From assembly GCA_044440125.1 (NCBI GenBank), contig JBITAJ010000028.1, forward strand, positions 128,001-192,000: a DNA stretch of 64,000 nucleotides. Reading direction: 5' to 3'. Under the pieces are notes generated by a model. That model searched no databases, was not told the DNA's origin, and saw nothing but the letters and a program-made list of their open reading frames with translations. How positions within the stretch are numbered: position 1 is the first letter of the stretch; each line of letters starts with the position of its first letter. This document shows positions 21,733-33,000 of this stretch, piece by piece. This stretch comes from Sedimentisphaeraceae bacterium JB056. GTDB taxonomy: Bacteria; Planctomycetota; Phycisphaerae; Sedimentisphaerales; Sedimentisphaeraceae. A program made the translations under genes and the position numbers.

Positions 21733-22515
21733 TCAAAACTCCGGCATCTCGACTGCCTTCGACTGACTTGCTACAAAAATTTCAAATGTTAAATCTGCCG
21801 CCAGTCTTCCTTCACTTAGTATCTGCTTATGAGTTTCCAGTGCCTTATCGTAGGTGTTATTATTCTCCGAGATATGCGAAAGACACACCCACCTCAGGGA
21901 CGTTCCCGAATGCTCTTTCACAAGCATCGCCGCCTGTTCATTTGAGATATGCCCGCCATTGCCGCTAATTCGATTCTGAAGGCTCCGAGGATAAATCCCA
22001 TTTTCCAGCATGTAAGGGTCATAGTTGCTCTCAAGCATAACCGCATCAAGGCCGCCGATTATCTCCGGCAGCCCTTCAAACACATACCCAAGATCAGTCA
22101 GAATACCAAGCCGCTTGCCGCCTGACTCAACAATAAACACCGAAGGCTCAACCCCATCGTGCGGCGTAGCGACAGTCGTTATTGTCGTAGCTCCCATCAC
22201 AATCTTTTCACCCGGCGTAAAATGACGAAGAATCTGAGTCTCGCCAAGCATATGCTTTTTACACGCAAACGTCTTCTCGCTCACAACCAGCTTATGCTTA
22301 AACTTACGGCTAAAAATCCCCGCACTGCGAATATGATCGCCATGGTCGTGCGAAACAAACACCGCGTCAACATCCCTTATATCACGCCCAAACTCAGCCA
22401 GCCGGCTCTGAGCCTTTACGCCGCTTATACCGGCATCAAAAAGCAAACGCAAATCCGCCGTCTCAACATATATACAGTTACCTTTGCTGCCGGATTGTAA
22501 TGATATTACCTTCAA
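21733..22515 (-). CDS. MBL-fold metallohydrolase (YycJ/WalJ-like)
   Basis: SGSKGN, HDHGDH, PHD, TDLG, ESNYD, GHISN, HISENNN. Confidence 0.92.
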   Translation of the reverse strand: MKVISLQSGSKGNCIYVETADLRLLFDAGISGVKAQSRLAEFGRDIRDVDAVFVSHDHGDHIRSAGIFSRKFKHKLVVSEKTFACKKHMLGETQILRHFTPGEKIVMGATTITTVATPHDGVEPSVFIVESGGKRLGILTDLGYVFEGLPEIIGGLDAVMLESNYDPYMLENGIYPRSLQNRISGNGGHISNEQAAMLVKEHSGTSLRWVCLSHISENNNTYDKALETHKQILSEGRLAADLTFEIFVASQSKAVEMPEF

Positions 22516-22806
22516 TAATCTTCCCGATTAAGCTTAAAATATGTAAAATAAATCAAAATAACGCCAAACCAGAAGTATATCACTAAAACAAAAAAAGAGC
22601 AACAATCTTTGGAGTGCTGAGCCAAACAAAGTGCGGCTCCGCTTTGAAATCCCCCACCGCTTAATTGCTGATAGCCTTAAAAGAGCATAATAAATACATA
22701 GACTATTGTTTTTTTGCCGTATATCATTATCCTTTCAGTATAGTAGAGCCTGATTTCATAATTAAAGTTTGATTGTGGGCGATTATTGCAAAACTTATTG
22801 GGTTTA

Positions 22807-23628
22807 ATGGATATGACACGAGAAAAGATAAGCGATATCAAAAAATGGTTTGCCGCCTATACAGCGGCTTTTTACTGCGGTGACGACTTCGTTGACACAA
22901 ACGTACGGCTAAAGACACTGCACACGGCAAAGGTAGCCGAGGAGATAACCGACCTCGCGGACGATATCAACTTAGAGCAGCAACAGAAAAACATAGCAAC
23001 GATAATCGGGCTGCTTCATGATTGCGGCAGGTTTGAGCAGATCAGAAAATACAGAACCTTCAACGATGGTGAAAGCGAAAACCACGCCCTGCTCGCCGTA
23101 AGAATCATGGAAGAGCAAAAGATCATAGACGATCTGCCTGCTGATGCGCAACTAATGATTACCGAAGCCATAAAATCGCATAACGCAAAAGCGATAGAGC
23201 TGCCGGCTGATGTCCCGCAGGATACGCTGCTTTATGCCAAAATGATACGCGATGCCGACAAGCTCGACATATTTCGAGTGGTAAAGGTCAGCTATGAGCA
23301 ATACTTAAAGGACCCTTCAAAGGCCAACAACATGGCGATGAATTTCGGTCAGGACACCGGCAAATGCTCACAGGCAGTACTGGACGACCTGCTTGCCCAC
23401 AAACAAGTGGAATATACAAAACTGCAAACACTTGACGACAGGAAGCTGCTTCAATTATGCTGGGTATTCGACATAAACTTTCCGCCAATACTCCAGAAGC
23501 TCATTGATCGCGGCTATATAAGAATGATATTCGACGCCCTGCCGCAAACACAGCAAATGGAAACTGCAAAGCAAACGGTATGCAAATATGTAGACACAAT
23601 CCTGCCAGACTACTCCAAAAACATCTGA
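22807..23628 (+). CDS. HD-domain phosphohydrolase
   Basis: LKTLHT...LLHDCGRFEQ...NHA...SHN...IRDADKLDI. Confidence 0.88.
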   Translation: MDMTREKISDIKKWFAAYTAAFYCGDDFVDTNVRLKTLHTAKVAEEITDLADDINLEQQQKNIATIIGLLHDCGRFEQIRKYRTFNDGESENHALLAVRIMEEQKIIDDLPADAQLMITEAIKSHNAKAIELPADVPQDTLLYAKMIRDADKLDIFRVVKVSYEQYLKDPSKANNMAMNFGQDTGKCSQAVLDDLLAHKQVEYTKLQTLDDRKLLQLCWVFDINFPPILQKLIDRGYIRMIFDALPQTQQMETAKQTVCKYVDTILPDYSKNI

Positions 23629-23698
23629 CTTTCTAAAATTAGCAGGAAAATTGCTTGCAATCTGCGGTGTTTTTGTTAATATTTGCCCCTCTGAGATT

Positions 23699-23772
23699 GG
23701 GCGGTTAGCTCAGTTGGCTAGAGCATCTGGTCGACATCCAGAAGGTCGTAGGTTCAAGTCCTATACCGCCCA
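23699..23772 (+). tRNA. tRNA-Val(GAC), CCA not encoded
   Basis: GGGCGGTTAGCTCAGTTGGCTAGAGCATCTGGTCGACATCCAGAAGGTCGTAGGTTCAAGTCCTATACCGCCCA. Confidence 0.96.
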
Positions 23773-23774
23773 CT

Positions 23775-23814
23775 AAGCCCCTTTTTGCATTAAACGGCAA
23801 TGAGGGGCTTTTTT
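23775..23814 (+). terminator. Terminator after tRNA-Val
   Basis: AAGCCCCT...AGGGGCTT followed by TTTT. Confidence 0.8.
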
Positions 23815-23875
23815 ATTGCTCACAGAATCAGCTTTTTATATTGTTTTGCCATTGGATATTGTTAAAATCATTGAT

Positions 23876-25021
23876 ATGACAGATATTAAGAGGCCAAACA
23901 TTATTTATTTCGTCATCCTCCTGCTGAGCGGATTCGTCTTTGCCGATCAAATCAGATTCGAGCATCCCGGCGGGCTTCATACGGCCGTCCAGATTGATAA
24001 TATCAGAAACAAGATGTCCGATGAGCCTGTAAAGAAAGCCTGTGATGTACTGTTTTCCACTGCACAAACTCTCCTTGAATACGAGCCAAATCCACCGGCT
24101 GATTTCAAGGTGCCGTATTATTACATGAATAAAAAGGCGTGTATGAAAGCGAAAAGCTCACTTAGCGATGATGCTTTTGCCGCTTACACACTCGCCTTGG
24201 CCGGTCAGATCAGCGAAGCGGAAACCGCCGACAAATATACGGCATCAGCCATCAGGATATTGAATGCCTGGGCCGCAACGAACAAAGAGATTTCAGGATT
24301 CGATGGGAATCTTATCGCCTGCTATTGCGGCGTGCCGCTGGTACTGGCGGCAGAGCTTGTAAACGAAAACCCTTTATGGAAAGAGACTGACAAGCAGATT
24401 TTCAGGCAGTGGCTCTCAAACACGCTCGCAAAAAGTGCAAATTCGATTAAACGCAAAAAGAACAATCACGGCTGCTGGGGACTCTATACATCACTGGCAT
24501 GCAATTATTTCCTTGAAGATACCGAAGGCTTTGAAAGTGATATCAATCTTCTAAAAAAGCAAATATCGGCAATGATAGCCGACTCAGGCGAGCTGCCTTC
24601 GGAGAACAAACGCACAAACAGCGGGATGTGGTACACATATTTCGCATTGTGCCCAATGAGCTGCTCGGCCGCAATTGTCACAAATGCCACCGGTGAGGAT
24701 ATGTTCAACTACACTGATGCCAAAAGACGGGGATTAAAACCGGCACTCGATAAGCTGTTTGAATACAGCATATCGCCGCAAAGCTGGCCATATGAAAAAC
24801 CGACCGGTCTAACAGGAGCCATTCACAACCTATTCAATCCGAGTTCCGATAAGGTTAAAATGCCGCGGCCTGACTCATGGCCCGCAAATCTATATGAGGT
24901 TATGATACCCTTATACAATGGACAAGACTGGGATAACTGGCTCAAATCCCACCGCCCAATCCAAAGCGGCAGAGGCTGGTGCTGGGCAACAATATCCGCA
25001 GCTCAATGGGACAACCAATAA
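23876..25021 (+). CDS. Secreted alginate-lyase-fold (alpha/alpha toroid) polysaccharide lyase
   Basis: Signal peptide, FEHPG, ILNAWA, NNHGCW, ELPSENKR, WYTYFAL. Confidence 0.8.
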   Translation: MTDIKRPNIIYFVILLLSGFVFADQIRFEHPGGLHTAVQIDNIRNKMSDEPVKKACDVLFSTAQTLLEYEPNPPADFKVPYYYMNKKACMKAKSSLSDDAFAAYTLALAGQISEAETADKYTASAIRILNAWAATNKEISGFDGNLIACYCGVPLVLAAELVNENPLWKETDKQIFRQWLSNTLAKSANSIKRKKNNHGCWGLYTSLACNYFLEDTEGFESDINLLKKQISAMIADSGELPSENKRTNSGMWYTYFALCPMSCSAAIVTNATGEDMFNYTDAKRRGLKPALDKLFEYSISPQSWPYEKPTGLTGAIHNLFNPSSDKVKMPRPDSWPANLYEVMIPLYNGQDWDNWLKSHRPIQSGRGWCWATISAAQWDNQ

Positions 25022-25055
25022 TGTCATAGCCGCATAAAAAAAGGCAATAACTTCC

Positions 25056-25084
25056 TTGATATTGTTTATATAAAATGCTATTAT
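25056..25084 (+). promoter_or_regulatory. Promoter of trpB
   Basis: TTGATA-17-TATTAT with extended TG. Confidence 0.55.
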
Positions 25085-25153
25085 GTTTCTTTATGTAGAA
25101 ACGGGCTATTCGTAGCCTATTGACATTAACAGACTTGTAAGGATTGTGTGGAT

Positions 25154-26374
25154 ATGAGCGATTTAACTACTAACATGCCCGATAAAAAGGGATATTTTGG
25201 CGAATATGGCGGCAGTTTTGTCCCGCCGCAACTCGAGGGTATTCTTGAAGAAATCACGACAGAATACGAAAAGCTCAGTAAGAGCAAAGAATTTCAGGAC
25301 GAACTCGCTTACTACTACAAGCATTACGTAGGTCGTCCAAGCCCCGTTTTTTATGCGAAAAACCTCTCTGAAAAAATCGGAGGCGCTCAGATATATCTCA
25401 AACGTGAAGACCTGAACCATACCGGTGCTCACAAGATCAATCACTGCCTCGGCGAGGCCCTGCTGGCTAAAAAGATGGGCAAGACCCGCCTCATAGCTGA
25501 AACAGGTGCCGGACAACATGGCGTAGCGCTTGCTACAGCGGCAGCACTGGTCGGCCTCGAATGTCATATTTATATGGGCGAGGTTGATATTGCTAAGGAA
25601 CATCCCAATGTTGTTCGTATGGAAATACTTGGAGCGAAGGTTGTGCCGGTCAAATCAGGCCTCAAGACGCTTAAGGAAGCTGTAGACGAAGCATTTATCG
25701 CTTATCTTGGCGATCCGGTCAACCAGCTTTACGCGATTGGCTCAGTCGTCGGCCCGCATCCGTTCCCTATGATGGTACGTGATTTCCAGGCTATAGTAGG
25801 CCGTGAGGCTAAAGAACAATTTAAAGAGCTGACCAACAAAACGCCTGATAATCTGGTTGCATGCGTTGGCGGCGGCTCTAATGCAATGGGCCTTTTCAGT
25901 GCATTTCTTGAGGATAAGGACACTAAGATATACGGCGTAGAGCCGCTGGGTGTAGGCTTCAAGGTCGGCGAACATGCCGCAACACTGACATACGGCAAAC
26001 CGGGGATTATACACGGATTCAAGTGTTACCTGCTTCAGGATGAAAAAGGCGAACCGGCACCGGTTTATTCAGTTGCCTCTGGCCTTGATTATCCCGGCGT
26101 AGGACCTCAGCACAGTTATCTCAAAGATGCCGGCCGTGTTGACTATCAGGCAATTGATGATAAAGAATCCATCGATGCTTTCTTCGAGCTTTCGCGCGTT
26201 GAAGGTATTATACCGGCGATTGAGAGCGCTCATGCCGTGGCATTTGCAATGAAACTCGCCGCAAAGCTTGACAAAGAGCAAACTATCCTCGTAAACCTTT
26301 CAGGAAGAGGGGATAAAGATATCGATTTCGTAGTAGAGAAATACGGGCCGCAATACGGTATCGAAAACAATTAA
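25154..26374 (+). CDS. trpB: Tryptophan synthase beta subunit (stand-alone)
   Basis: [56 protein letters not shown]. Confidence 0.97.
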   Translation: MSDLTTNMPDKKGYFGEYGGSFVPPQLEGILEEITTEYEKLSKSKEFQDELAYYYKHYVGRPSPVFYAKNLSEKIGGAQIYLKREDLNHTGAHKINHCLGEALLAKKMGKTRLIAETGAGQHGVALATAAALVGLECHIYMGEVDIAKEHPNVVRMEILGAKVVPVKSGLKTLKEAVDEAFIAYLGDPVNQLYAIGSVVGPHPFPMMVRDFQAIVGREAKEQFKELTNKTPDNLVACVGGGSNAMGLFSAFLEDKDTKIYGVEPLGVGFKVGEHAATLTYGKPGIIHGFKCYLLQDEKGEPAPVYSVASGLDYPGVGPQHSYLKDAGRVDYQAIDDKESIDAFFELSRVEGIIPAIESAHAVAFAMKLAAKLDKEQTILVNLSGRGDKDIDFVVEKYGPQYGIENN

Positions 26375-26403
26375 CACAAATAAGTGATAACAAAACCCTG
26401 TTG

Positions 26404-26438
26404 AATAGAGGGATGCAATAAACTTGCATCCCTCTATT
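26404..26438. terminator. Hairpin between convergent trpB and arsC-like genes
   Basis: AATAGAGGGATGCAA-TAAAC-TTGCATCCCTCTATT. Confidence 0.8.
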
Positions 26439-26453
26439 TATTTCCACTAACTT

Positions 26454-26864
26454 TTAATCGCATTGCTGCGCAGTTTTCATCATCTGGCAAACTTCCAGAT
26501 CGTCTTCTGCTTTTTTCAGCTCAAGAACATCATTGATCACATAGTCATCAAAACCGCATGACTTCTTGCCGTGATATTCGATAAGCGGACGACGTATAAG
26601 CAAATGCTCTTTAAGCATCGCATCAAGAGCCTGCTCTTCATCCATTTCCCCAGGTTTTACAAGTCCCTCTTTAATAACGGGAGCAGTCATGTTGAACCAA
26701 TGTTTTACAGGTCGATCGTCAAAGAACGGGCGAAGCGTTTCTTTTGTCCAATTCTGATCGAGTATAGACCTGACCTCAAGCGTAAATCCATTTTGCTCAA
26801 GAGATGCTTTTTGACGTGCATTGCCCTTACAGCCCGGTTTTTCATAAAATATTATTGCCTTCAT
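26454..26864 (-). CDS. ArsC/Spx-family protein (nitrogenase-associated subtype motif)
   Basis: FYEKPGCKGNARQK, WFNMTAP, LLIRRPLI, CGFD. Confidence 0.85.
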   Translation of the reverse strand: MKAIIFYEKPGCKGNARQKASLEQNGFTLEVRSILDQNWTKETLRPFFDDRPVKHWFNMTAPVIKEGLVKPGEMDEEQALDAMLKEHLLIRRPLIEYHGKKSCGFDDYVINDVLELKKAEDDLEVCQMMKTAQQCD

Positions 26865-27211
26865 TGTATTTCTCCGTTTCAAGTAATTGAATATCTCTAA
26901 ATCAGTTTAACATTATAGATAAAAAAACTGAGAAACCAAAAAACATTCGCCATTTTAAAAATTATTAAATATCAAACATAGAACACTAATTCCTTTAGTA
27001 ATAAAGACGGGATACCGTTTTGTTTCGTCTTTAAGGCATTTAAACAAGTTTTAGGTTGCTTTATCAGGCTCCATATGTAGAATATCCCGCTCATTTCAAG
27101 CTCATTGTGAGCAAAATCAAGCTGTTGACTCGTATTCGTTTCTCTCTTTAGTCTTTAGCTTCTGAATGTGTTCAAAGAGAGAAAATCATATGTTAAGACA
27201 GGATAAAACGA

Positions 27212-28915
27212 ATGATCGATCTGATAATCAGACGACAGAAAAACTTGAAGAATGAATTGCTATCCGGCCTTACGGTCGCACTTGCCCTTGTTCCTGAAGC
27301 AGTGGCTTTTGCTTTTGTTGCCGGTGTCGACCCATCAGTAGGATTATGGGCTGCTTTTTTCATGGGCCTTATAACCTCTCTTATCGGCGGCAGACCGGGA
27401 ATGATATCGGGTGCAACCGGAGCAATGGCTGTTGTGATGACAGCTTTTGTCGTCCTTTACGGTCTTGAATACCTTTTCGCGGCTGTTATATTGTGCGGTA
27501 TTATACAGACGGTGTGCGGCTTTCTGCGTGTTGGAAAGTTTGTAAGACTTTTGCCCCATCCGGTTATGCTTGGTTTTGTTAACGGTCTGGCGATTGTGAT
27601 AGGCAAAGCCCAATTCGGTCAGCTCAAGACAGATTGGCATGTAGTCTACAATGCTTCACACAACGCCTTTGAAGTAGCCGGCCATTGGATGTTAGGTTCT
27701 GAATTATGGATAACTATAGGGCTTATACTTCTCACCATGGGAATAATTCATTTCCTACCGAAACTTACAAATATAATCCCGGGAACTCTTGCGGCGATTA
27801 TTGCAGTAACGCTGCTTGTTCAGTTATCTCCAATTCAATCTACAACAGTCAGCGATTTTGTAGAGCATAAGAATGTTGTTACGAGAGAAAAGAACTACAA
27901 GAGCGATTTGTTTAACAAAATGAAGGCCGATCTCAAGGTCTCTGAAATAGATGCAAAAGCAGCAGAGCTCGCCGCTTCTGAGATTGAAGTGCCGCTTGCG
28001 GAAGATTCCAGAAAAGCGGGCGTGTTCCAAATACCTGACATAGCCTTTAATTTTAAGAGTATCAGTATTATCTTCGGTCTGGCTTTGACTCTTGCCGCTA
28101 TCGGACTTATCGAATCACTGATGACGCTTACTCTTATTGATGAGCTTACAGAGACGCGAGGCAGCGGTAATCGTGAATGTATCGGGCAGGGAATTGCCAA
28201 TATTGTATCAGGACTGTTTGGAAGTATGGGTGGTTGTGCAATGATCGGCCAATCTATGATTAATATACGTTCCGGCGGTCGCAGCAGACTTTCAGGCACA
28301 ATCGCCGCTTTGGTTTTGCTTTGTGTGATTCTTTTCCCGCCGCTTTGGAAATGTGTGGGTATGATACCTGTAGCTTCGCTTATAGGCGTGATGTTTATTG
28401 TTGTAATTGCTACGTTTGAGTGGACAAGCCTGAGATTGTGGAATAAGATTCCCAAAAGCGATATGTTTATAATAGTTATGGTATCGGCTATGACAGTCAT
28501 ATTTGATCTTGCAATGGCAGTTGCGGCAGGTGTAATTATATCAGCACTTGTGTTTGCATGGCAGAAATCAAAACGGATAAGCGCGGAAATAAGAGATGAA
28601 GAAGGCAAACGCACATATGAATTAAACGGGCCGCTTTTCTTCGGCTCTATAACAAGCTTCAAAGAACTTTTAGACCCTGCTAACGACCCTGACAATGTCA
28701 TCCTTGAATTCTGTAATTGTCATGTCTACGATCATTCTGCACTTGAGGCGATTAATTTCGTAACTGAGAAATATCGCGAACAAGGCAAAAATATCCGCTT
28801 GAAACATTTGAGCAGAGAATGCCAGAAACTGCTTCATAACGCATCCGATATAATCGAAGTGGATATGATAGGCGATCCTGATTACCATCTTGCAATAGAC
28901 AAAATCAAAGACTAA
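27212..28915 (+). CDS. SulP/SLC26 anion transporter with STAS domain (BicA-like)
   Basis: GLTVALALVPEAVAF, GGRPGMISGATGA, GGCAMIGQS, GPLFFGS, DHSALEA. Confidence 0.95.
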   Translation: MIDLIIRRQKNLKNELLSGLTVALALVPEAVAFAFVAGVDPSVGLWAAFFMGLITSLIGGRPGMISGATGAMAVVMTAFVVLYGLEYLFAAVILCGIIQTVCGFLRVGKFVRLLPHPVMLGFVNGLAIVIGKAQFGQLKTDWHVVYNASHNAFEVAGHWMLGSELWITIGLILLTMGIIHFLPKLTNIIPGTLAAIIAVTLLVQLSPIQSTTVSDFVEHKNVVTREKNYKSDLFNKMKADLKVSEIDAKAAELAASEIEVPLAEDSRKAGVFQIPDIAFNFKSISIIFGLALTLAAIGLIESLMTLTLIDELTETRGSGNRECIGQGIANIVSGLFGSMGGCAMIGQSMINIRSGGRSRLSGTIAALVLLCVILFPPLWKCVGMIPVASLIGVMFIVVIATFEWTSLRLWNKIPKSDMFIIVMVSAMTVIFDLAMAVAAGVIISALVFAWQKSKRISAEIRDEEGKRTYELNGPLFFGSITSFKELLDPANDPDNVILEFCNCHVYDHSALEAINFVTEKYREQGKNIRLKHLSRECQKLLHNASDIIEVDMIGDPDYHLAIDKIKD

Positions 28916-28928
28916 ATACTTTAACAAA

Positions 28929-28968
28929 TAAAACCGGCAGAAGCTTAATTCTTTTGCCGGTTTTTTAT
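28929..28968 (+). terminator. Terminator after sulP
   Basis: AAAACCGGCA...TGCCGGTTTTTT. Confidence 0.8.
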
Positions 28969-29096
28969 TCAGATTATCTGTATACTGCGACCCCGTACAA
29001 GCTGTTTATAAAAAGAAGGAATAAGCTGGAATAATTCGTTAACATTTGTTAACATATTATCAAATGTTAACCTTCGGAAAAAAGGAAAGAACATAG

Positions 29097-29951
29097 ATGA
29101 TAATCTGGACTGTAGGTTTTAATATAATTCGACCACTAAGCTCCTTCCCTACTCCACTGAGAGTAGAAAGGGAAGTGCAGGACAACCCCTCTTATGTCAG
29201 AGTAGGCAAAAACTGCAATGTAGAGAACCGGTGCACTATGACCTACACAATTTCCGGCAAGGGACAATTTCAGGACAGCAGCGGACAATACACAATAAAT
29301 CCGGGAGATGTCTTCCTGCGAATAGATAACGACCCAAGTATGTTTTTCAGCTATCCTAAAGATGGAAAAGAAAAATGGGACTTCATATGGTTCAATTATT
29401 GCGGTGAATCTGCAGCACAATATACCAAAGACATAATCTCACGCAACGGTCCGCTCTATCAGTTGGATTCTCAATCCCCTATTATACAAAAACTCTCATC
29501 ATACCAATCATACAGCGGGATGTCATGTAACATAACGCCAGGTGAAGGTTCAATGCTCGTCATAGAAGCATTGGCCGCTTTGAATCAGAGCCATAATGAA
29601 GATTTCAACAGCAGCTCACAGAACAGACTCATATTGAAGGCTCAGAAATTCATATCCAACAATATTTCACACAACATCTCTGTAGCGGAAATAGCTGCGG
29701 CAATAAGTATTTCAAGAGAACACCTCTCCCGTATATTCGCGGAAAACCTGCACATTACTCCTTATGAATATCTTGTAAAACAGAAAATGACGTTTGCATG
29801 CCAAATGCTTAACAACAGCACTCTTTCAAACAAAGAGATATCATCAAGGCTTGGCTACAACGATCAGGCTCAATTCTCACGTATATTCAAAAAGACACTA
29901 AATATGACACCAACCGAATTCAGAAAAGCCGGAATAAACCATCTACTATAA
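29097..29951 (+). CDS. AraC-family regulator
   Basis: Cupin N-terminus; SREHLSRIF...EISSRLGYNDQAQFSRIFKK...TPTEFR. Confidence 0.93.
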   Translation: MIIWTVGFNIIRPLSSFPTPLRVEREVQDNPSYVRVGKNCNVENRCTMTYTISGKGQFQDSSGQYTINPGDVFLRIDNDPSMFFSYPKDGKEKWDFIWFNYCGESAAQYTKDIISRNGPLYQLDSQSPIIQKLSSYQSYSGMSCNITPGEGSMLVIEALAALNQSHNEDFNSSSQNRLILKAQKFISNNISHNISVAEIAAAISISREHLSRIFAENLHITPYEYLVKQKMTFACQMLNNSTLSNKEISSRLGYNDQAQFSRIFKKTLNMTPTEFRKAGINHLL

Positions 29952-30036
29952 CAGTACAAACAAAAACGGATACTCGCAGAAGACACACTGAAACATCTCC
30001 CTTGAGTATCCGAAATAATTTAATATTAATCAGTTA

Positions 30037-33000
30037 TCAATCACAAACAGGTTCACCCGATTTCCCCAACAGGAATATGGCATTAACCTGATCATCTGTG
30101 ATACAATCATCATAAACAACAAATTCATCAATATAGCCGGTATACCTATATGTAGAAGGCTCATCATACCTGCCGCCTATTGTAAAATTAGCCGTGGAAT
30201 CACGAACATCATAATCAAACGGCTCCCATATGGAATCCGGCATGTGACCAGTGCTTGATTGAGGACAAACACTAATACTAAAACTAACTCCATTGTATCT
30301 TGCAACGACATGATTCCATTGGCCAACAATACTCGATGCTGAAGTAAGTAATTGAGACTGCGAAGTATTATCGTCTTTACGCAATAGTAAGTCCAATTTC
30401 CCTGTAGCTCCGGTCAAAGCTATCCACCAACTGCGATTATTAACTCCGGCAGAAGCTTTTGATGCAACAATATGGTATCCACTATTTGCTTGCGTCTTAA
30501 ACCAGAAACTTATTGTCCAGCCATCTCCTGAAGAACCAAGGTCTAACTCATCATCATCGAAAGTCCTCAGCAATCTCTCAAAAACATTTGGATCTGAATT
30601 ATCAATATAGACACTGCTTCCAACAAGACTCTCTGCACCTGAAGTATAAGACAATGTCACTCCGGAAGGTTCGGAAAGATCCAGATTGTCCACAGAATCA
30701 TCACCATCACCATCCATATCCCAATAATAAGCCGCAGGTTCATAAAGTTCATCTACTTTAAATCTCGTACTAACTATGGAATGTTCTTCATCTTCTGCCA
30801 ACGCTGCATAGGTAGTGGCCACAAAGGTATTATCACCCAAACACTCTAAGCCGCCATAACCGGTATCCCATAGTATACCATTCAATTCAGTAGAGCCGCA
30901 GTTATTAATTAAACAAACTTTGTATTGTCCCTGAGTGTTCTGTACACCGCTTATAATATCATCATACTGCCCAACCCATGCGACATATTTCCCGTACGTA
31001 TCACTTTCACTGTGCATATCTCTGAATGCGATAACTAACTGTCCATAACTATTATAACGCGGCATATGTCTGTCACCAGTAAGGGAATTAGGCAATTCCA
31101 ATGGATCAGACCATGTCTCTCCCTCGTCATCAGTAGTCATCATCAATGAATTATACACACCGCGATTACAGCATCGGATGAGGCATAATATTTGATTCCC
31201 ATCAGGCGAACGTACAATTGCAGGTTCTGCTGGTTGAGCCTCCGGCAATATCAGTATAGGCTTAGATTCTGTCCATGTAAGCCCGCCGTCAGAAGAAACG
31301 CTCTGCCATATAGTCCAATCAGACGTATGATAAACCATAAGATGCTGACTGCCGTTCTTAATTGGAATTATAGTAATTGGAACCACAACACATTCCAATC
31401 CATTGGTTGCAAAATTAGTCCATGTTGCGCCATCATCAGTTGAATAAGCCTGAACCATATCGCCATAGCCGGCCATTATAAATAACCGCTCAACATCATT
31501 GCTGTCTGTAAGTTTGTGCAGTGTTGGACAATTGTCATAACTCAAACAATTTGCCGGAACCTGACTGCGAGTCTGCCACGTCAAACCGGCATCAGTACTT
31601 TTGGTTATTCCTGCAACAGCTCCGCCATGCCCCAATGTATAAGTACAATATATTGTTTCGTAATCATCAAGCATAACAGTTGATGGATGTCCGAAATACT
31701 GATCAGGATCATACTCAACAATAACCCTTCTGCTTGTATCACTTGATAAGTCAGCGGTTTCTATTGGAGTAGTAAAACTCCAGACTTCGCCTTTCCAAGG
31801 ACTTTGCGGATAACCGCCATTCACTTCATCAATTCTCCAATAATAAGTTGTCCCGGGTTTTAGACCACCAACATCATATGTATTTGAAGTCTGATTAGAT
31901 TTGTAATAATCAGACAAAGTATCCGCTACGGCAACTTGATTATAGTCATCTCCGAAATACACATTGTGCGATGATGCATACGTTCCCGAACCCCAGCTAA
32001 GTGTAACATCTGTAGCTGATAATGACTCCGAATCGAATGGATACAGAACACTTGCACGTGATGTCACATCCTGAGGTTCTGTCAAATAAGTTAACGGCAA
32101 ACCTGACTTCCCAAGTAAGAACAATTCATTTACCGCATCGCCGCAAAGAGCCTCGTTGTAAATAGAAAACTCATCAATCTCGCCCGTAAATCTATTAGCT
32201 GCTAATTCATCAGTTCTTCCACCTAACATGAAACTTGCAGAACAATCGTAAGTATCATTACAAGATAACCATGTTGAATACGGCTTATGATCATCTGAGG
32301 TAATAGACCGTATACTTATACTCACCAAATCTCCAATATAGCGAGCAACACAGTGATTCCATTGATCAGCTCTATATGGGCAACTGTTAACAATCTGATA
32401 TTGAGAGTTATTGTCAGTATCTCTAACTAAAACATCAACCTGACCAACAGAAGGCGCAGCAGCTATCCACCAGCTACGGTTATTGATACCGGCTGTGGCT
32501 TTAGATGCAACAAGAAGATAACCGCTTTCCGCGTCAGTCTTAAACCAAAAACTTATTGTCCAACTGTCACCATTTTTACCAAGATCTAAAGCACTATCAT
32601 CACCAGTACGATAAAGCTTCCCAAAATAATTAGGATCGCTGTTATCTATCGAAACACACTCTTCAACTAATCCAGAAATATAGCTTATTGTACCTGAAGA
32701 GGATTCCTGCAAATCAAGTCCGCCATATGTAGCCGTAGAATCTTCATCAAAAGCCCAGTAATAATCAGGAGCAACATAAGATGTAGTTATCTCATCTGTG
32801 GTAAACTCCCAAAGATCACCCTTAACAATTCCGTTATTAGAAATCTCATCAACACGCCAATAATAAGTTGTTGATGCACTCAGACTCGACAGAACATAAG
32901 AATTTGTAGTCTGATTGCCTAAATATTCGTTTGAGTTTGTATCAGCACTCAATACAGTCGCCGCATTTTGCCCCATATATAAATCATGACTTGTCGCAAC

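Noticed and set aside
22608..22646. GGAGTGC...CCGCTTTG REP-like remnant
   Set aside because: Single degenerate copy with a weak stem; cannot be supported.
23750..23772. tRNA-Val 3' end as attB of a large island
   Set aside because: No second copy seen in the window by eye and no integrase; a repeat beyond 64 kb cannot be excluded.
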